A DNA stretch of 64,000 nt from Eledone cirrhosa. Lineage: Eukaryota. The position numbers and the translations under genes were made by a program. Positions 55,056 through 64,000 of the stretch are shown here, one piece after another (the first letter of the stretch is position 1; every line of letters starts with the position of its first letter). The stretch covers positions 344,596,001 through 344,660,000 of the forward strand of contig OZ024741.1 in assembly GCA_964016885.1 (NCBI GenBank), read 5' to 3'. The notes beneath the pieces were generated by a model. It saw only the letters and a list, made by a program, of their open reading frames with translations, was not told where the DNA came from and ran no database searches.

Positions 55056-55130
55056 CAGGGTGTCCCCCCAAAATGTATACACATTTAATAGAATGCTATA
55101 GAAATGTGTATACACTTTTTGGGACACCCT
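55056..55130. mobile_element. Tiny Tc1/mariner-like MITE; relatives at 26794-26900 and 24455-24485
   Basis: TA CAGGGTGTCCC ... GGGACACCCTG. Confidence 0.75.
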
Positions 55131-55142
55131 GTGTATGTGTGA

Positions 55143-55174
<32 letters not shown>

Positions 55175-55420
55175 TGTTTTTTTTAATCAATATAATACAT
55201 TCAGAAAATGTGATGAGGTGACTTTCTATAGTTTTTAATCCTTATTTAAGTTTTTAGGTTTTATGAAATATTGTTATGTTTTGGAGAGGGCGAAGGTGAG
55301 CAATGCCTTTGTAATGATAATGTTTTTCCAAGAATGTGTTGTCTGGGTTGGCATGGCAGGAAGTACTTAGCCACACTAAAACCATTAACCATAATGATAT
55401 GCCATGTGTGTTTATGTGTG

Positions 55421-55568
<148 letters not shown>

Positions 55569-55575
55569 TGTACGC

Positions 55576-55618
<43 letters not shown>

Positions 55619-55645
55619 CACATATATATATATATATATATACAC

Positions 55646-55700
<55 letters not shown>

Positions 55701-55863
55701 TACACATATATATATATACACATATATATATATATATACACATATATATACATATATACATATATATATACATATATATATACATATATATATATATATA
55801 CATATATATACATATATATATACATATATATATACATATATATATACATATATATACATATAC

Positions 55864-55933
<70 letters not shown>

Positions 55934-56016
55934 ACATATACATATACATATATACATATATATATACATATATACATATATATATACATATACATATATA
56001 TATATATACACATATT

Positions 56017-56058
<42 letters not shown>

Positions 56059-56166
56059 TACACATATATATATATATACACATATATATATACACATATA
56101 TATACATATATACATATATATATACATATATATATACATATATATATATATATACATATATATACA

Positions 56167-56198
<32 letters not shown>

Positions 56199-56246
56199 CA
56201 TATATATATACATATATATATATATACATATATATACATATACATA

Positions 56247-56308
<62 letters not shown>

Positions 56309-56592
56309 CATACATATGACGTATTATCTTCGTTTTTTTCGTTCGTTGCCAGAGAACGTCTCTATGCAGCACCTAAGAGAACATTAGTCTACGACCTCTT
56401 TTATACCATAAACGTGGTTCTGTCTTTGCGCGTAATTGTTTTTCACCGCTCCTATTAATGACGTATTATATTCGTTTTTTCCCGTTCTTTGCCAGCGAAC
56501 GTTTCCACGAACCAAAGTATCGTCTTCCTGTCTTCCTCCGGTTGCAACGTTTTTTGAAATATCCAGTTCTGCGTTTACAGATTGACTTTGTT

Positions 56593-56643
56593 AGTTACAG
56601 AAGATCCCGTTAAGGGTGAAAGCAGCGATTCATTGCTTAAACT
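56593..56643 (+). ncRNA. Variant hammerhead-like motif (family H4; core CAGAAGA)
   Basis: AGTTA-CAGAAGA-TCCCGTTAAGGGT-GAAA-GCAGCGATTCATTGC-TT-AAACT. Confidence 0.6.
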
Positions 56644-56663
56644 TTAATCTGTTATTTTAATAA

Positions 56664-56696
<33 letters not shown>

Positions 56697-56701
56697 CATA
56701 C

Positions 56702-56772
<71 letters not shown>

Positions 56773-56877
56773 AATATATATATATATATATATATACATA
56801 TATATATACATATATATACATATATATATATATATACATATATATATACATATATATATATACATATATATACATAC

Positions 56878-56942
<65 letters not shown>

Positions 56943-57189
56943 CTCTTGCCTCAAGTGGGAAAACCCCCGTCCAAACCCATGCAAGCATGGAACACGGATG
57001 CTAAACCTGATGATGATGATGATGATGATATATATATATATATTTACATATATATATATATGTATCAATAAATAGACCAGGATTTTTTCATTCTGATGAT
57101 TGAAAGCAAAATTCTTTGCTATTAATAAACCACTGGTAAATGGAATAATTGACTTATGTTGTTTATTACATAACTATATCTATATATAC

Positions 57190-57304
<115 letters not shown>

Positions 57305-57309
57305 TATAC

Positions 57310-57340
<31 letters not shown>

Positions 57341-57351
57341 CATATATATAC

Positions 57352-57443
<92 letters not shown>

Positions 57444-57573
57444 GTGTATATATATATATATATATAGTAATAATAAATTTGAAGACTAAAATCCAAAGAG
57501 GGCTCGATAAGGATAAATATATATCAAATATATAAGAACCGTAGTGCAAATATTTATTAAAATAACAGATTAA

Positions 57574-57624
57574 AGTTTAAGCAAAGAATCGCTGCTTTCA
57601 CCCTTAACGGGATCTTCTGAAACT
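57574..57624 (-). ncRNA. Variant hammerhead-like motif (H4), inverted partner; arms 56469-56667 / 57552-57750
   Basis: Minus: AGTTT-CAGAAGA-TCCCGTTAAGGGT-GAAA-GCAGCGATTCTTTGC-TT-AAACT; perfect 5-bp stem I. Confidence 0.65.
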
Positions 57625-57774
57625 AACAAAGTCAATCTGTAAACGCAGAAGTGGATATTTCAAAAAACGTTGCAACCGGAGGAAGACAGGAAGACGATAC
57701 TTTGGTTCGTGGTAACGTTCGCTGGCAAAGAACGGGAAAAAACGAATTTAAACTTTACTCTGCTATTTTAATTA

Positions 57775-57884
<110 letters not shown>

Positions 57885-58654
57885 GTATATCTATATATAA
57901 CACCTTGGTGTTATGCCAATACTATATATCATTTCACACCTTTTATTATTAAGGTTTTTGATGTTCTATTGAGAGAATCGTTTTTACTGAAAATATCGAA
58001 TAATGTACACGATTTTACCAGTATCACAAAAATACTGGTCCACCCACACACACACACATACACACATATATACACACACAAACATATATACACACACACA
58101 TATATACACACACACATACACACACGTACACTAACATACAAAGAGACATATATACACACACACACACTTTGTATAAGACAAGAGCTGAGAAATATCCCCC
58201 ACACACGTACAGACACATTCCTACTGACCGATCCCTCTACCATGAAATACTCTGCTACACACACACACACACACACGCACACACACACACACTTGTCTTA
58301 ATATGCACCTGCACTGTTGACCTGTCAACATGACTGCAATTCACACACACATCCCTACTGACCATTATCACAACAATGAACCTCTTTACTACTACTACAC
58401 ACACACCCACATATTTGTCTTAAAAGACTTATTTTTCAGTGACTTCGCAATCAGCCTAGACAAACCTACATTTGGCGCAAAATCAATTTTTAACATTCAC
58501 ATGACCTCTACCGACCAATCAAAATTGGTTTGACCACAAGAATTTTTGCAACACGAATTGGCGCTAAACTTATTTTAATTCATGTGGAGCCACTTTTTTC
58601 ACATAAAGCAGGTAGAATGTCCAAAACTAATACACATATGTATATATATATATA

Positions 58655-59005
58655 TCATCATCATCATCATCATCATTTCATTTTACGTCCACTTTTTCCC
58701 TGCTTGCAGGGGTAGGACGAGAACTGATTCTGGCTTGATTTCTACAGCTGGATGCCCTTCCTAACACCAACCTCATTTACAGTGAGTGCTGGGTGCTTTT
58801 TTTGTCATGGCACCTACACGACCACTTTGCAGTGGAATGATAGGGACCCCAGTCCCTATCATCTCATTTCTACAGCTGAGTAAACTGGAGCAATGTGAAA
58901 TAAAGTGTCTTGCTCAAGGAAACAACACATCACCCGGTCTGAGAATTGAACTCACACCCTTTCGATTGCAAGGCCAATGCTCTAACCACTAAGCCATGTG
59001 CCTCC
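58655..59005 (-). mobile_element. Complete composite SINE: tRNA head, CORE-like domain, RTE 5'UTR motif, RTE family-1 3' tail
   Basis: Minus: TGGCTTAGTGG, GAGTTCAATTC, CTTGAGCAAGACACTT, GGTGTTAGGAAGGGCATCC, TGCAAGCAGGGAAAAAGTGGACGTAAAATG, (GAT)n. Confidence 0.88.
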
Positions 59006-59015
59006 ATATATATAT

Positions 59016-59058
<43 letters not shown>

Positions 59059-59087
59059 TATACACATATATATATATATATACACAC

Positions 59088-59118
<31 letters not shown>

Positions 59119-59161
59119 TATACACACATATATATATATATATATACACATATATATATAT

Positions 59162-59200
<39 letters not shown>

Positions 59201-59204
59201 TATA

Positions 59205-59290
<86 letters not shown>

Positions 59291-59875
59291 GGCTGCCAAC
59301 TCGTTTTCAAGTACGGCCACTACTTTATATCCATGTAGGAGAACCCCTAACGATGCGCTGAACGAGTGTGACTTTTTAGTCCAGCCAGCGACTTGAAAAC
59401 TCTGGTACAAACACTACACTTGTGACAATTATTGACATATAGTTCTGGGCCCATAGTACCATGTGACGACAAGTGCAGAGAGATTTCAAGATATAAAGCA
59501 ATGCCTGTGCCGTGAAGCTTTTATAGTGAGCAAAGGCACTGCACAAAGCCAGTCCCACTCTCTTAACCAAGATGATATTTACCAAAAAGAAGAACAAGTC
59601 AACATCATTGGATACCATCAGGGTTGCAGGTGTTATATCAGAGTTTTCCTTCTCCTAGAATTCTGCCTTGACAAAGGCTAAGCGGTCATCTCTCCCGGTG
59701 ATTTTGGATGGCCATTGACTCTTAAGAGCTCCTTTGCCCTTTGACAGGTTTTGTTTTTAGTCCTGCAGGATGTCCAAAGTCACCCTCCTCACCAAGAAAC
59801 CTTTTGTGGGGTTGCCAGTTTAGTCGCCAACGACCCGACCATGACACATGTATATATATATATATGTGTATATAT

Positions 59876-61748
<1,873 letters not shown>

Positions 61749-61907
61749 TATATATATATATACACACATATATATATATATATATACACACATATATATA
61801 TATACACACACATATATATATATATACACACACATATATATATATACACACACATATATATATATATACACACATATATATATATATACACACATATATA
61901 TATATAT

Positions 61908-61950
<43 letters not shown>

Positions 61951-62248
61951 TATATATATACACACATATATATATATATATATACACACATGTATATATA
62001 TATATTGTTATACTTTGGGAGGGTCATGTTGCCAATAAGAAACACACGCACCAGTTGCTTTCACTTCAATTTATTATAATAAATTTATAATAAATTTATA
62101 AATTTCTGGTTGGTTGGTTGGTTCCACAACCAGATAGTTGTTTATATATAGTCATAGTTCTGTCATAGTTCTGTCCTACGCCATTTTGTTTCCAAAATTG
62201 CGTAGGACAGAACAAAGGAGAAGCACAGAAACAAAGAAAGGAATCCCC

Positions 62249-62293
62249 AGTCACTGAAGAGGTCACAGAGTGTGTGACGAAAGAACTATGACT
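62249..62293 (+). ncRNA. Minimal hammerhead ribozyme (family H5) inside a fold-back element 62003-62437
   Basis: AGTCA-CTGAAGA-GGTCACAGAGTGTGTGAC-GAAA-GAAC-TA-TGACT. Confidence 0.8.
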
Positions 62294-62535
62294 ATATATA
62301 AACAACTATCTGGTTGTGGAACCAACCAAACAGAAATTTATAAATTTATTATAAATTTATTATAATAAATTGAAGTGAAAGCAACTGGTGCATGTGTTTC
62401 TTATTGGCAACATGACCCTCCCAAAGTATAACAATATCGGTTTCAACACACGATTTCAGATAAAGAATCTTGCTAAACAAATTCGGAAACGAAATATATA
62501 TATATATATATATACACATATATATATATACACAC

Positions 62536-62594
<59 letters not shown>

Positions 62595-62809
62595 GAGAGA
62601 GACATATATATACATATATATATATATATATCTTTAACATTTGCACACACAAACATACATACGCATACATGCAGTGCTTTTCCTATCTAAGTCATATTGT
62701 TGCAAGAAGATTTTTGCTTTCCATTCACAAAGTTCTAGATTCTAAGCCTATATTTTCCCATGTAAATAGATATTTCTCAAAAGTTATTCATATATTTAAT
62801 CCTGTATAG

Positions 62810-63656
62810 CATCATCATCATCATCTTTGTTTTATGTCCATCTTCCATGGTAGCATGGGTTAGACGGGAGTTGTCCCACTTGAGGCAAGGTTGGTCGGGT
62901 GACCGTGTCTTACTCGTATAAGACTGTCTGGCAGGTTTACTACGGCTGGATGCCCTTCCTAACACCAGCCACATTTACAGTGTGGAACTGGGAAGTTTTT
63001 ACCGTGTTACCTACACGGCCACATTACAGCATGGACTGTGTTTTTTTTTTTTTTTGTGACACCTACATGATCATTTGTACATATATAATTATATCCCAGA
63101 AACACAATATTTGAAATAGCCTTCATTTCTTTAATCCCTTCCACATATCTGCAATCAATATTAACTATTGGTTTTCTCTTATGCAAACCATTACTTTTGT
63201 TGTTTGTGTGATTTGTTCAGCATCATCATCATCATCGTTTAACGTCCATCTTCCATACTAGTATAGGTTAGAGGGTTTGATCGGGAGGCCGTGCCTCGCT
63301 CGTACGGAAGTCTCTCTGGCAGGTTTTCTATGGCTGGATGACCTTCCTAACACCGCCCACTACCTTTACAGTGTGGACTGGGAGCCTTTTTACCGTGTCT
63401 CCTATGCAGCCACCTTACAGTGTAGACTGTTGAGTCATCGACACAGTGGACGGAACAGGAATGGGAAGATGGGGTAGGGTGTGTGGGATGTAGATTGGGT
63501 TAAGAGGTGCCTACTGACTGTAGGTTTGTATGCAAGGGAAGGCGGGTCTTCTGTACAACTGCATGGCACCAAAGATCTCATTCCAGTGACATTGTCTTAG
63601 AGAGGTGTAAGTGAGCAAGGTCAGTTTTTATCACCTTGTCCCAGGTTTTTCTTGGT
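62810..63656 (-). mobile_element. Two RTE family-2-related 3' fragments (62810-63065, 63221-63656)
   Basis: CAT tails on plus, shared 3'UTR, PRKTWD motif. Confidence 0.85.
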
Positions 63657-64000
63657 TCATATATATGATAATCTTGGTATATATATCATACCAATCTAGG
63701 ACACCAAAGTATTAAGTATTTCAATGCCATTGCCATTGTAGATTTGCAGAATCGGTAGAGTGTCGGACACCATGCTCTGCAGCATAGAGTTGCAGCCCTT
63801 TACGTTCAAATTTCAAATGTCGCTGAGGTTAGCCTTGCCTTTCATCCTTAGGAGGTCTAGAAAATAAAGTACCAGTAATGCACTGGGGTTGATTTAATTG
63901 ACTTTCCTCTCCCCCCAAAATTGCTGGCCTTGTGCCTATAATAGAAATTATTATTGACAGCACAAGTCCACTAGTGCATCATCATCATCTTCACCATTTT

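Noticed and set aside
57090-57125. CTGATGATTGAAA
   Set aside because: No room for stem II and no stem I pairing

Overview
AT-rich animal genomic DNA, most likely an octopus/coleoid cephalopod (inferred from the huge (TA)n tracts, tRNA-derived SINEs and RTE LINEs with (GAT)n tails). Nearly all long ORFs in the track are microsatellite artefacts. Real coding content: one intact full-length RTE LINE (50171-53239, with an apparent long target-site duplication); a 5'-truncated but open RTE of a second family (46930-49299) and many RTE fragments; a spliced 3-exon SGNH/GDSL esterase gene (6059-6807, minus) inside a ~3.3 kb element with split/inverted terminal repeats; a Penelope GIY-YIG remnant; and two phase-compatible candidate host exons (11848-11893, 18959-19101). 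The most striking non-coding signal is 12 type-I hammerhead ribozyme motifs from about five sequence families, plus truncated ones, mostly in or next to (TA)n tracts and often at fold-back junctions. They include a retrozyme-like tandem of ~476-nt monomers, each with one hammerhead and an octamer motif (38231-39510). MITEs (piggyBac-, Tc1/pogo-, hAT-like), a non-autonomous Helitron and a 42-bp minisatellite are also present. All calls are by eye; no database search or folding was run.
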